From NCBI GenBank assembly GCA_016180525.1, contig JACPBB010000001.1, forward strand, positions 169,180-233,179: a DNA stretch of 64,000 nucleotides, written 5' to 3'. This document shows, in pieces, positions 10,276-19,815 of this stretch (position 1 is its first letter; each line of letters begins with the position of its first letter). This DNA is from Parcubacteria group bacterium. GTDB lineage: Bacteria > Patescibacteriota > Minisyncoccia > Phycocordibacterales > UBA2135. The notes under the pieces are model-generated. The model was not told where the DNA came from, searched no databases, and saw only the letters and a program-made list of their open reading frames with translations. Made by a program: the position numbers and the translations under genes.

Positions 10276-11628
10276 TTAAAAATTTTCAAGAAGTTTAACC
10301 AAAAATCTGATAGGTGCGCCGGCGGAGCCTTTTGCCAAATGGTCGCTTGAAATTGCAACCATGCGCGGGGCCATATCAATGTGCGCCCATTTATACCCCT
10401 CCGCAAACTGCGAAAGAAACATTGCCGCGTGAATGGCATCCCCATACCGGGTGCCGCTTACTGCCGAATTCGCCACATCAGCAAAGTTGCCTTTCACTTC
10501 GTCTTCATACTCATCCCAAAGCGGCAAGGGCCAAAGGTATTCACCCGACTCCTCACCAAGCTTCATGCATGTTTCAATAAGTTTTTCGTCTTTGCTTAAA
10601 ATCGCACTTGCTCTCTGTCCTAGCGCCGCGACTGCCGCTCCAGTCAAGGTAGCCACGTCAACAACAAGCCGCGGTTTATATTTTTTAGCATGTGTTAGAG
10701 CATCCGCAAGTATAAGCCGCCCCTCCGCATCCGTATTTAATACTTCTATCGTTTTCCCAGACATTGATTTTAAAATATCTCCTGGGCGATAACTTGAACC
10801 CGATGGCATATTTTCAACCGCCGGAATAAGTCCCACGATATTCTTTTTTACTTTGAGTTTTGCTGCCGCGATAATCGCGTGCGCAACAGCCGCGCCACCC
10901 GACATGTCTAAATGCATATCCAAAATTCCTCCGGTCGGCTTCAAATTAAGCCCGCCCGTATCAAACGTAACTCCTTTCCCCACAAGCACAATCGGAGCCT
11001 CCCCCTTCTTTCCTTTTTTATATTCAAGAATGATAAACTGGGCCTCTTCTTCTGACCCGCGAGCAACTCCTAATACCGCGCCCATTTTAAGCCGCTTCAT
11101 CTCATTCTCTCCGAGAATTTTCACAATGATGCCAGTACCACGACACGCTTCTTTTATTTTCCGCGCGAGAAGCTTCGGAGTCATATCCCCTCCCGGTGTA
11201 TTTGAAAGAATTCGTGATTTATTTACCTCTTCCCCAACAACAACTCCGCGGGCAGCGCCTTTTTTAAATTGACTATCTGCTCCATATATAAAAACTTCCT
11301 CCACCTCGCCCCATCCTTCTTTGGGGCGAGTTTTAAAGGAGTTAAATTCAAAATTCGCCATGAGCGCGTTCTCCGCAAAAAGCGAGCCAAGTTCATATGG
11401 AGAAATATCTTTCGGCGTGGGAATGTCGGAAAGCGCAAGAGCAATTTTTTTTATTTTATGCTTTCTGGCGGTAGTAATTATTTTTCGCACAAGAATAATG
11501 AGGAGCCGCCGAGTAATGGGCTTTGTGCCAATGCTTATGTGGAGAAATTTTGTTTTTCCATCCTTCACGATTTCTGCATCCGGCTTTTTTTCAAAAACAA
11601 CACGAACAACAACTCCGTCTTGAGACAT
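10276..11628 (-). CDS. pepA: leucyl aminopeptidase (M17 family)
   Basis: Motifs VGKGVTFDTGG and NTDAEGRL; start taken at MSQDGVVVRV (ATG 11628). ORF-track start 11703 adds 25 unlikely residues. Confidence 0.9.
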   Translation of the reverse strand: MSQDGVVVRVVFEKKPDAEIVKDGKTKFLHISIGTKPITRRLLIILVRKIITTARKHKIKKIALALSDIPTPKDISPYELGSLFAENALMANFEFNSFKTRPKEGWGEVEEVFIYGADSQFKKGAARGVVVGEEVNKSRILSNTPGGDMTPKLLARKIKEACRGTGIIVKILGENEMKRLKMGAVLGVARGSEEEAQFIILEYKKGKKGEAPIVLVGKGVTFDTGGLNLKPTGGILDMHLDMSGGAAVAHAIIAAAKLKVKKNIVGLIPAVENMPSGSSYRPGDILKSMSGKTIEVLNTDAEGRLILADALTHAKKYKPRLVVDVATLTGAAVAALGQRASAILSKDEKLIETCMKLGEESGEYLWPLPLWDEYEDEVKGNFADVANSAVSGTRYGDAIHAAMFLSQFAEGYKWAHIDMAPRMVAISSDHLAKGSAGAPIRFLVKLLENF

Positions 11629-11724
11629 TTTTTCCTCTGTTTTAAATATAAAGTGCATAGACATCATTAAACCATAAAAAAACAAAAAAGAAAACTCGCC
11701 CAAAGAAGCGGGCGAGGTGCTGTT

Positions 11725-12180
11725 CTACACAATTTTTGTATCTAAGTGCTCGTGAAGAGGCGTATTTATTTTTTCAATATTGTTTCCAATAAACATCCTG
11801 CCCCATATCATGCCTAGACGCATGCAATAAAATCCCGCAGCTGCATAGACTGCCAAAGTAATAATATTTATTTGTCCGCCAACCAAGAAAAAAGAGGCTA
11901 GGGTTAGAAAAAAAACATTCGCTAGATTACGATACGCCATCCACATGTTTAATGAAGAATGCGGATTCAGTCTCGTTGCCATAACCTCCAATAACACCAC
12001 AATCCCAAGCAAAAGTTCTGCATAAGCGGGGCTATAGAACCTGCTCAGCGGAGCGGCCAATATTAACACTCCGGTAAGGGAGACATACGATCTCACTTTC
12101 ATGGAATCAACCCATCGCCATAGCGGAATAAATACTGGACGAGCAAGGAACTTTTTAAGCCACAAAAGACTTGAGTTCAT
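11725..12180 (-). CDS. hypothetical integral membrane protein
   Basis: 151 aa with 4 predicted hydrophobic helices; no recognised family. Confidence 0.5.
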   Translation of the reverse strand: MNSSLLWLKKFLARPVFIPLWRWVDSMKVRSYVSLTGVLILAAPLSRFYSPAYAELLLGIVVLLEVMATRLNPHSSLNMWMAYRNLANVFFLTLASFFLVGGQINIITLAVYAAAGFYCMRLGMIWGRMFIGNNIEKINTPLHEHLDTKIV

Positions 12181-12292
12181 GTATGCCTATTTCCTCAATA
12201 CTTCTGATTCCAGTAAATCAGGAAGAAGGGCGTGTGTCAAAGAAAAAGAAGAGCTATTTATTAAAAGAAAAAACATCTATAATTAGGAAACA

Positions 12293-14230
12293 ATGACCCA
12301 AAAGCAAAAAGGCGCGTCGCAATATATTGAGGATGTTATATTTATCACGCGAACCGGAGTTGGTTTCGTTGCATTTCCGGATAAAAAAGACGGCGAAGTG
12401 CGCATAGAAAACCGGCTTTTAAACACGGCGCTCAACGGCGATTTTGTCCGTGTGCTCGTGTATCCCAAAAAAGATGAGAAACAAAGAAGCGGAGAGATTG
12501 AGAAAATAATCGCCCGAGCTAAAGAAACATTTGTAGGAACTCTTTATAGCGAGCGCGGAGTGGTTACCGTGCGGCCTCAGGATTCACGTTTCTACACCCA
12601 TATCGTCATTCCACGCGAGGAGAGCAAGGGGGCCAAAGAAGGAGAAAAAGTGCTTGTTAAGATAGTGGAATGGAAAACGGGAAAAGATATTCCGCTCGGC
12701 TCAATTATAGAAGTCCTCGGTAAAAAGGGCGAGCACGAGACAGAAATTCAGGCAATTCTCCGTGACCGTGGAATTATTGATGAATTCCCTAATGCAGTGG
12801 AGGAAGAGACAAGAATGATCGTTTCAAAATATACGGAGCGCCTCATAAAAGAATTGCCGACACGAAGAGATATGCGCAAGACCCTCACGTGCACCATTGA
12901 CCCTGAAGATGCGAAAGATTTTGATGACGCGCTTTCAATTCAAAAACTTTCAAACGGAAACTATGAAGTGGGTGTGCATATCGCGGATGTTTCTTTTTTT
13001 GTACGAAAGGGAATGGCGCTTGATATTGAGGCGGCGCGCAGGAGTAATTCTTTGTATCTCGTTGACAGGACGATTCCCATGCTACCTTCCGCGCTTTCAA
13101 ACGACCTCTGCAGTTTAAAGCCGAATGAAGACCGTCTCACATTTGGGGCGGTATTTGAAATGACGCCCCTCGGAATTGTAAAAAATCGATGGTTTGGAAA
13201 AACAATTATTCATTCTAACAAACGATTTACTTATGAAGAAGCGCAAGGGGTGCTTCTCGGGAAGTCGGGTAATTGGCATGCTGAGCTTTCAGTGTTAAAC
13301 ACAATGGCAAAACATATTCGCGCAAAACGTGAAGACGAAGGGGCGCTCTCGTTTGACCATGACGAAGTCAAGTTTGAACTTGATGCAAAAGGCGTTCCGC
13401 TTCGGGTGTTCCGCAAAAAAAGTTTTGATACCAATAAATTAATTGAGGAATTCATGATTCTTGCGAACAGAGAGGTGGCGCAGTATATGTCAGCAAAAAA
13501 CCCTCATATACAGCAATCATTTATTTACCGGGTTCACGATTTACCTGACGCTGATAAAATAAAAGAACTAGAGCGGGTTATGCGGGCGCTTGGTTACGAA
13601 ATTACGCTGCGCAAAAAAAATATTACCTCAAAAGACATCGCGAATCTTTTAAAACAAGTTAAAGGAGCTCCGCACGAGGAAATGGTGCACATGCTCACCG
13701 TACGCGCGCTTGCGAAAGCAATATACACCACAAAAAATATCGGGCATTTCGGACTCTCTTTGAAACATTACACTCATTTTACCTCTCCCATTAGGCGATA
13801 CCCTGACCTTGTTGTGCATAGACTTCTTCTTAAAAATTTACAAAAAGAGAAAGTCAGCCTAGAGGATTTGAGACGCTATGAGGCCGTCTCGCGATACGCC
13901 ACGCAAGCAGAAATTTCGGCACAAGAAGCAGAGCGCGCCTCTGTGAAATATAAGCAGTCGGAATATATGGCAGCACGCGTAGGACACACATTTGACGGAA
14001 TCATTACCGGATTAACCGAGCGCGGCATATTTGTATCTGAAGCAGAAACACTTTCGGAAGGAATGGTGTCGCTCCGCGATATAGGAGACGACTATTACAT
14101 GTATGATGAAAAAAAAGTTGCCATTATTGGCCGTAAAACCAAGAAAAAATATTCACTCGGTGACAAAGTTAGAATAAAGGTTAAAAAAGTTGATGTTGAG
14201 GCCCGTTTGATTGATTATATATTCACATAA
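12293..14230 (+). CDS. rnr: ribonuclease R (RNB-family 3'-5' exoribonuclease with C-terminal S1 domain)
   Basis: 645 aa; RNB catalytic motif …TIDPEDAKDFDDALSI…, cold-shock-like N-terminus and C-terminal S1-like segment. Confidence 0.9.
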   Translation: MTQKQKGASQYIEDVIFITRTGVGFVAFPDKKDGEVRIENRLLNTALNGDFVRVLVYPKKDEKQRSGEIEKIIARAKETFVGTLYSERGVVTVRPQDSRFYTHIVIPREESKGAKEGEKVLVKIVEWKTGKDIPLGSIIEVLGKKGEHETEIQAILRDRGIIDEFPNAVEEETRMIVSKYTERLIKELPTRRDMRKTLTCTIDPEDAKDFDDALSIQKLSNGNYEVGVHIADVSFFVRKGMALDIEAARRSNSLYLVDRTIPMLPSALSNDLCSLKPNEDRLTFGAVFEMTPLGIVKNRWFGKTIIHSNKRFTYEEAQGVLLGKSGNWHAELSVLNTMAKHIRAKREDEGALSFDHDEVKFELDAKGVPLRVFRKKSFDTNKLIEEFMILANREVAQYMSAKNPHIQQSFIYRVHDLPDADKIKELERVMRALGYEITLRKKNITSKDIANLLKQVKGAPHEEMVHMLTVRALAKAIYTTKNIGHFGLSLKHYTHFTSPIRRYPDLVVHRLLLKNLQKEKVSLEDLRRYEAVSRYATQAEISAQEAERASVKYKQSEYMAARVGHTFDGIITGLTERGIFVSEAETLSEGMVSLRDIGDDYYMYDEKKVAIIGRKTKKKYSLGDKVRIKVKKVDVEARLIDYIFT

Positions 14231-14237
14231 AAAAATA

Positions 14238-14268
14238 AGAGTTCTCTTTAGAGAACTCTTATTTTTGC
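14238..14268. terminator. Bidirectional intrinsic terminator (AAGAGTTCTC-TTTA-GAGAACTCTT) shared by rnr (+) and rplU (-)
   Basis: Perfect 10-bp stem. A-run upstream and T-run downstream serve both strands. The rplU stop codon lies in the loop. Confidence 0.75.
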
Positions 14269-14670
14269 GTATGTTTGCCGATGTCCATACCGCCTCGTCC
14301 ATCTGCTTTTTGATTTAAATTTGAGCACATTGATTTTTTTGCCGCGCACCTTGTCTTCGAACACAGCACCTACTGTTTCTCCGACAAGATACGGAGTTCC
14401 AATTTTTATCTCTTTCCCATCAGAGACAAGAAGCACTTTATCAAAGACAATAGCATCCCCTTTTTTGTGGATATCAGAAAGTTTCTCAATTAAAAGCGTA
14501 TCGCCCGAAGAGACTTTGTATTGTTTCCCCCCTGTTTCAATAATCGCAAAACCGGACCCCAGTTTTGATGCTAATTTTGAAGTAGCTGGTGCGGTTTTTT
14601 TTGAAACAGCGGCCTTTGTTTTTTTTGCTGCCAGTTTCACCGCTTTTTTGACTGTTTTTGTTTCTGCCAT
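14248..14670 (-). CDS. rplU: 50S ribosomal protein L21 with Lys/Ala-rich N-terminal extension
   Basis: Core …FAIIETGGKQYKVSSGDTLLIEKL… is the bL21 signature. The N-terminal ~40 aa are KKTKAAVSKK-type low complexity. Confidence 0.85.
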   Translation of the reverse strand: MAETKTVKKAVKLAAKKTKAAVSKKTAPATSKLASKLGSGFAIIETGGKQYKVSSGDTLLIEKLSDIHKKGDAIVFDKVLLVSDGKEIKIGTPYLVGETVGAVFEDKVRGKKINVLKFKSKSRWTRRYGHRQTYAKIRVL

Positions 14671-14673
14671 AAT

Positions 14674-14944
14674 TTATCCCGTTCCAGAAAGGAAGCGCTT
14701 TAGTCTCTTTTTAAGATAGAGCCTGCCCTTTCCTGATTTAAGATACTTTTCTCTCGACCGAGCATCGTGCTCGTTAATACATGCTTCATAATATATAAGT
14801 TGAAATGGTCCCCGTCCTTTTGTCCATGCTCGCTCTTCTGTATCCCTCTCGTGCTCTTTAAAGCGCTTCCGTAGGTCTTTTGTCCTTCCAGTATACCATC
14901 TTCCGCTTTATCTTGCTTTGTAGCATATAAACATAAAACATCAT
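14674..14944 (-). pseudogene. GIY-YIG nuclease superfamily gene (UPF0213-like) interrupted by a +1 frameshift/in-frame TAA
   Basis: Reading from ATG 14944: MMFYVYMLQSKI in one frame, then after skipping one nt in a gatAAAg tract, SGRWYTGRTKDLRKRFKEHERDTEERAWTKGRGPFQLIYYEACINEHDARSREKYLKSGKGRLYLKKRL in the +1 frame. Together these match the GIY-YIG consensus (YVYIL.S.DG.LYTG.T.DL.RRL.EHN…). The ORF-track frame (14700..14984) has no such similarity. The gene ends 4 nt before the rplU start. Confidence 0.6.
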
Positions 14945-15045
14945 ATTCTGGAACGGGATTAACTGTAAATAATATAGAATTCATTTAAAAAAGCAACTAT
15001 TTAAAAAGGCCGCTATATTTTATGAACGGCCATATTTATATAAAA

Positions 15046-15657
15046 CTAATTAATTACCCTCGCCTTTTTACACGCATCGGTAAATTCACGAAGGAGTGAC
15101 TCCCTCAGTATTTTTTCTGCCTCTGCTTCAAAATCTATTTCCCACAAAATAGCATGGTTAAAAATCTCATTGAGACCGCAAATAATGTCAGGAAGGTCTT
15201 TGCATAATTTTGGATCCCCTTGTTTTACGGTAGAAAATCCATGTTCCCGACTATAATATGCAAATGTCTCCAGAGAAAGATCAATCCTGAAAAAATCAAG
15301 AATCCCCACTCCATCATCATTTCTTTTCCAGCCTTCATGAAATACGGGATATTGAAGCCCTTCTCGTGGAAATACCGGAGGCTGCACAAAAATCATCTTC
15401 CCTATAATCATAACGACCCGATTTTCCTTTGCCCTCCACGTAGCAACCCGTGGATGCTCTGGGATCCAGCATAAATGCGTAAAAAATGATTCGTCTTTGG
15501 CTTTAAAAATAGAGGCTCCGTGTTCCCCTAAATCATCACGGCAACACATGAAATCTCCAACTAAAAGATGTGAAGTATCAGGCCCATATTTGGGAAGGCA
15601 TTTGTTTGTCATAAATAGTAAATCCTGTATTTCATCCCAAACAGTTTTTGAGCTCAT
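15046..15657 (-). CDS. hypothetical protein (Cys/His-rich, 203 aa)
   Basis: Single long ORF; no family recognised. Confidence 0.5.
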   Translation of the reverse strand: MSSKTVWDEIQDLLFMTNKCLPKYGPDTSHLLVGDFMCCRDDLGEHGASIFKAKDESFFTHLCWIPEHPRVATWRAKENRVVMIIGKMIFVQPPVFPREGLQYPVFHEGWKRNDDGVGILDFFRIDLSLETFAYYSREHGFSTVKQGDPKLCKDLPDIICGLNEIFNHAILWEIDFEAEAEKILRESLLREFTDACKKARVIN

Positions 15658-15811
15658 GTAAAATAGCTCTTTCTTGCATCTGTGTATAATGTTATACCGT
15701 AACGGCTTTTAGTCAACGGTAACGCGTACTGTTCATGGCAAATATAATACTTTTTGATTTAAGGCTTGATGTCGTGTAATATTCTTAAAGATACACACTA
15801 GAGAGCCGTTC

Positions 15812-16219
15812 ATGCGAATATTAAAATCTTCGTGGGGTCTTGTCATTGCGATTGCGTTACTCAGTATTTTAAAAATCTCTCCAGCATTAGGAAGCCATGA
15901 AGGCCCCTATGTAATTGGAGAAACAAAACATATTAAAAATGTGTGGGTCTGTACGGAAGAGAAGCCTCTGCAAGATGCCGTTGCCGCCTTGCCAGACTGG
16001 GATATAATGCTAGAAACTATTTCAGAAAGCGTAGAGTGTTTTTACTTAAGTATCACCTTGGAAGTAAGGGTTCTGGGTCAAATTGGTAAAGACAAGGTGG
16101 ATGAAAATGGTGTGTTGTATCGTATTGTGAGTGTTAAAAACCCGATACACAATTCCAACTTGTATCTTCTAGTAATGGGAAGTGAAACAAAAGTTATTTC
16201 ACCAAGCCGCACCCTATAA
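15812..16219 (+). CDS. hypothetical secreted protein
   Basis: 135 aa with N-terminal signal-like segment MRILKSSWGLVIAIALLSILKISPALG. Confidence 0.5.
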   Translation: MRILKSSWGLVIAIALLSILKISPALGSHEGPYVIGETKHIKNVWVCTEEKPLQDAVAALPDWDIMLETISESVECFYLSITLEVRVLGQIGKDKVDENGVLYRIVSVKNPIHNSNLYLLVMGSETKVISPSRTL

Positions 16220-16236
16220 GTTATTTTAATATAAAA

Positions 16237-16266
16237 AACTCCCTTCATCGGGAGTTTTATTTTAAA
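16237..16266. terminator. Bidirectional intrinsic terminator (AACTCCC-TTCATC-GGGAGTT + T-run)
   Basis: Sits between the 16219 stop (+) and the rmuC stop at 16283 (-). Confidence 0.7.
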
Positions 16267-16282
16267 ATTACAAGCGCGAAAC

Positions 16283-17335
16283 TTACTCTTCCTCAAAAAT
16301 CGGTTTTTCGAGAGTAAGCGGCTCAATGCTTGACTCTTTGCCCGTGATACGAACCACGTCTTTATCAATTTTTTTAAACTCTTTGTACGCCGAGCTGTAG
16401 TGCGACACGGTGGTTTTCAATGAAACTCCAAGTTTTTTTAAAAATGAATCATAGCTGTCAATATGCCGTCCCAGCTCTCCTACCCGTTTAATGATTTCAG
16501 TTGCCTGCTCTTCTATCTGTAAAGCCTTGAGACCTTGCAGCACCGTCTGTAAATACGCGAGAAATGACGTGGGAGAGACAATAATAACTTTTTTGTCCCG
16601 AAACGCATATTCAACGAGATCCCTCGTGTTTATTTTTACCGCTCCGACTTGAGAGATGAGGAGGTCATAGTAAATCGCTTCATGTGGAATAAACATAAAC
16701 GCAAAGTCTAATGTCCCCTCTGTAGGTTTCACATACTGCGCTGTTTCGTCAATCCTGTTTTTTAAATCTTGTTTAAATGCTTTTTCAAGCCGCTCTCTCT
16801 CCATGGCATCTTTCGCTTCAACAAGACGAGTATAATTTTCAAGTGAAAATTTTGAATCTATCGGAATTATTTTATCTTTCACAAAGACAACGGCGTCCAC
16901 GATGCTGCCGTCTTTAAATGCGTACTGCATTTGAAAACTTCCAGGCGGCAGTACATTTTTAAGCACTGCTTCCAAATAGTATTCACCCAAAATTCCTCGC
17001 TGTTTTGGATTTTTTAAAATATCCTGCAATTCCTGCAATTTTTCCATTGAGCCCACCATCTGCCGTCCCGTTTCTTTCATTAAAGTAAGTTCTTCGGTCA
17101 CTTCTTTAACCAATTTTTGTGATTCAGAAAATTGTCGGCCCATTGATTCACTGATGTGCTTGTGTGACTGCCCGAGACGCTCGTCCAGAGTTTTTGTAAG
17201 CATGTTGAGCTGCTGTTGAAGCAGTAAAAATCCCTGTGCATCTCCTCCTGCCTCTCTCTTGCGCACGAAAAAGAAGGCAACCGCTGCGCCCGCTATAATA
17301 CCGAGGATAATAAAAATAATTGAAATGTTGTCCAT
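16283..17335 (-). CDS. rmuC: DNA recombination protein RmuC
   Basis: 350 aa with N-terminal TM helix, long coiled-coil and C-terminal RmuC nuclease-like domain (…NPKQRGILGEYYLEAVL…IPHEAIYYD…). Confidence 0.8.
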   Translation of the reverse strand: MDNISIIFIILGIIAGAAVAFFFVRKREAGGDAQGFLLLQQQLNMLTKTLDERLGQSHKHISESMGRQFSESQKLVKEVTEELTLMKETGRQMVGSMEKLQELQDILKNPKQRGILGEYYLEAVLKNVLPPGSFQMQYAFKDGSIVDAVVFVKDKIIPIDSKFSLENYTRLVEAKDAMERERLEKAFKQDLKNRIDETAQYVKPTEGTLDFAFMFIPHEAIYYDLLISQVGAVKINTRDLVEYAFRDKKVIIVSPTSFLAYLQTVLQGLKALQIEEQATEIIKRVGELGRHIDSYDSFLKKLGVSLKTTVSHYSSAYKEFKKIDKDVVRITGKESSIEPLTLEKPIFEEE

Positions 17336-17339
17336 CAGA

Positions 17340-18314
17340 TTAGTTTAGAACGCACTTGATACATTCTGGAATCGTAAGTCCAAGAAACAGAATATACACC
17401 AATAATAACACGCTTGCTTCAAGGCGGGTAATTTTACGCTTTGTATACACAAAGAAATGAAACATGAGAAACGCGACAAAAAGAAAGAAAGCGATTACAA
17501 AAAAATTTCCGTTTGAGTCAATTTCAATCGGATTTAAAACAGCCACAAGGCCGACAATCGCCGTTGCATTGTACGCGATTGAGCCCAAAGTATTTCCGAG
17601 CATCGCCGCTCCCTGCCCCATCCGTGAGGCACGCACGCCAAAGATAAATTCCGGAATCGTTGTGCCGAGGGCAAGAAAAATAATCCCAAAGAGGAAAAAA
17701 TTTTCGTCAAAATATGCTCCCACAATTTCTTTTGATGACCAAATAAGCAAAAAAGATGATACGAGCAAAAGCACGGAGCCTCCAAGAAACACTCCAAAAT
17801 GCCGCATCACGTTTGAAACAGAGCGTAGGTCAGGCGGCTCATGAATGGGTATGTGTTTGTGATAATATTCTTCATCCTTAAAAATTTTAATAATATAGAG
17901 TGCGAAAGCGAGAAGGAGAATAACACCGTCACCGCGGGAAATAACCCCATCCACGCCAAGGAGCGTTGGCAAAACCCCGAGAAAAAACACGAGCCAGAAA
18001 TTCTGATTGGAAATTTTCCCCTCTCCTGTTAGGGCGCCGACAATTAAAACGATAATTCCTACCTTTAATGTAATGTTCACCAAATTTCCTCCAAGGATAT
18101 TGCCGAGCGATATATCCGGAATATTCTGAAATGCCGATGAGATACCGATAAACAATTCCGGAATTGAAGTCGCAAGAGACACCAAGAAAAAGGCGGTTAC
18201 AAATTGGGATAAGCGTAAAATAAGCGCGATGCCGCCGAGCGCGCGGGGCAATATTCCCCCCGCCCACACGGTAAGCGCGAGAGAAAGCATAAAGACAAAA
18301 AATGGAAACAGCAT
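17340..18314 (-). CDS. Ca2+/Na+ antiporter (CaCA/YrbG family)
   Basis: 324 aa, about 10 TM segments, two alpha-repeat signatures (GNILGGNLVNITL… and GNTLGSIAYNATAIVGL…). Confidence 0.8.
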   Translation of the reverse strand: MLFPFFVFMLSLALTVWAGGILPRALGGIALILRLSQFVTAFFLVSLATSIPELFIGISSAFQNIPDISLGNILGGNLVNITLKVGIIVLIVGALTGEGKISNQNFWLVFFLGVLPTLLGVDGVISRGDGVILLLAFALYIIKIFKDEEYYHKHIPIHEPPDLRSVSNVMRHFGVFLGGSVLLLVSSFLLIWSSKEIVGAYFDENFFLFGIIFLALGTTIPEFIFGVRASRMGQGAAMLGNTLGSIAYNATAIVGLVAVLNPIEIDSNGNFFVIAFFLFVAFLMFHFFVYTKRKITRLEASVLLLVYILFLGLTIPECIKCVLN

Positions 18315-18544
18315 ACAGTATGTATATTATAGCGGGAGTGCGCCGAATTTTAAAATTACAGAGGAGTCGTGTACAATAATAAAGGTTCCTCGGGGCTTAC
18401 CCCGAAGAATTCGTCGGTACTCGCTTCGCTCGCTCTTGCGCACGGCAGAGCCGCGCGGTATTAACCTATATTTCATCTTCGCTCGGACGAAATAAAAATT
18501 TGATATTTTCATTTCGCTCCTCACTAGCCGAAATAAGAACCATT

Positions 18545-18997
18545 ATGCTACATGAACAAATAAAAAAAGAAGCGCAAGTAGCACTTAAAACAAAAAATGC
18601 CTCTTTACTTAAGGCGTTGCGTAATATTATAGCGGCTCTTTCCAATGAAGCGACTGCAAAAGGGAAAACACCAAGCGGCATATTGACTGATGAGGAAACT
18701 GTCGCGGTTATCACGCGACTTGCGAAACAGAGAAAAGAATCAATTGAACAGTTTGAAAAAGGTGGGCGTCCAGAACTTGCGGCAGAAGAGAGAGAAGAAT
18801 TGGAACATTTGCAGAAATACCTCCCTGAAATGATGAGTGAAGACGAGGTGCGAAAAATTATTTTTTCTAAAAAAGAAGCGTTGGGGATACCAGATAAGTC
18901 AAAAATGGGAACGTTAATAGGGGTGGTAATGAAGGAGCTCAAAGGAAAAGCAGATGGCGCTATGGTAAAAAAGATCGTTGAGAAATCTTTTGAATAA
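18545..18997 (+). CDS. GatB/YqeY domain protein
   Basis: Start moved to ATG 18545 (MLHEQIKKEAQVALK…), which matches YqeY N-termini. Confidence 0.8.
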   Translation: MLHEQIKKEAQVALKTKNASLLKALRNIIAALSNEATAKGKTPSGILTDEETVAVITRLAKQRKESIEQFEKGGRPELAAEEREELEHLQKYLPEMMSEDEVRKIIFSKKEALGIPDKSKMGTLIGVVMKELKGKADGAMVKKIVEKSFE

Positions 18998-19028
18998 ATG
19001 ACTAGTATAATGTCACCTATAAAATGAA

Positions 19029-19066
19029 ACAGCGGATATTACATGTCCGCTGTTTTGTGTTATTTG
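19029..19066. terminator. Intrinsic terminator (ACAGCGG-loop-CCGCTGT + TTTTGTGTTATTTG)
   Basis: Downstream of the yqeY-like gene; it overlaps the stop of the convergent minus gene. Confidence 0.65.
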
Positions 19067-19371
19067 CTAGATTTTCGTCTGTGTCGAGAGGCTATTGAAA
19101 GTAATTTTAGAAATGCGCGCAGTTGACCAGCAATGATTTGAGCAGTTGGTTCTATGTCAACCAAATCATTTTGAATAACCGTGAAAGTATACGTTTTCTC
19201 GACCAAATCATTGGCATGAGCAATATCATCATCCCGACCCTCTACAAGGGCTTCAACAATCTCCTCTGCAAAAGCATCAAAGTCTGGGCCTAATGAACTC
19301 AAACGCCCTTCTTTTATTGATATATTAATGTCTTTTAATAAGTCAGTAATAAATTGTGCTCGTTCAGACAT
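19060..19371 (-). CDS. hypothetical protein (103 aa, acidic)
   Basis: ORF with no recognised family, transcribed divergently from 19516. Confidence 0.45.
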   Translation of the reverse strand: MSERAQFITDLLKDINISIKEGRLSSLGPDFDAFAEEIVEALVEGRDDDIAHANDLVEKTYTFTVIQNDLVDIEPTAQIIAGQLRAFLKLLSIASRHRRKSSK

Positions 19372-19436
19372 TCGAGGTTTCCAACTGACAAAATCTATAA
19401 AATAGATTACAGCACGATTTAATTTTTGTCAAAATT

Positions 19437-19473
19437 GACTTTTATATTGAAATATGATATAATGTAAAAATAA
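19437..19473 (+). promoter_or_regulatory. Consensus sigma-70 promoter TTGACT-N17-TATAAT driving the 19516 gene
   Basis: ttgacttttatattgaaatatgatataat is read directly. It is followed by the RBS acaaggaggg 6 nt before the ATG at 19516. Confidence 0.65.
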
Positions 19474-19515
19474 GTTCTTGCTTGAAATTCTGCTGACAAT
19501 AACAAGGAGGGATCG

Positions 19516-19815
19516 ATGGCGGACATCAAGTTGCTCGCCGATAAGGCGGCTCGCCTGCGACGAGAAAAAAATCTCACGGTCCCCGGGGCGGTACAGAGAG
19601 TTCTGCGCGAAAACGGATTTAGAAATCGCTCGGACTTTAAAGAAATCATGAGCGATGTCTGCGCGGAACTCCAAAGGCGTGCCACGGCGCGCCGTAAGAA
19701 AAATAAGCGGCTCGGACGAAAATCAGAAAAAATGCCCGAGCAGCTAGAATTAAGGTACGAGGAAGCGCGTCAGATGGCGGATGAGCGCCGCGATGATTTG
19801 CTTCCCGACCTATAG
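19516..19815 (+). CDS. hypothetical basic protein, GC-rich relative to neighbours
   Basis: 99 aa, Arg/Lys-rich (MADIKLLADKAARLRREKNLTVPGAVQRVLRENGFRNRSDFKEIM…). It has a perfect promoter, a strong RBS and its own terminator, with elevated GC. Confidence 0.55.
   Translation: MADIKLLADKAARLRREKNLTVPGAVQRVLRENGFRNRSDFKEIMSDVCAELQRRATARRKKNKRLGRKSEKMPEQLELRYEEARQMADERRDDLLPDL

Noticed and set aside
10248-11703. N-terminal extensions in ORF-track coordinates for rpsP (10248), pepA (11703), the yqeY-like gene (18500), the ABC transporter (33833), gdh (34119), ychF (54584), the SGNH hydrolase (52519), the epimerase (63841) and the Wzy-like gene (61213)
   Set aside because: Internal ATGs align with family N-termini and/or have a better RBS. 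The upstream extensions encode improbable peptides or overlap neighbouring genes.
14700-14984. ORF-track 94-aa protein next to rplU
   Set aside because: This frame has no recognisable similarity, whereas the other two frames joined by a +1 shift give a complete GIY-YIG protein. It is called a frameshifted pseudogene instead.
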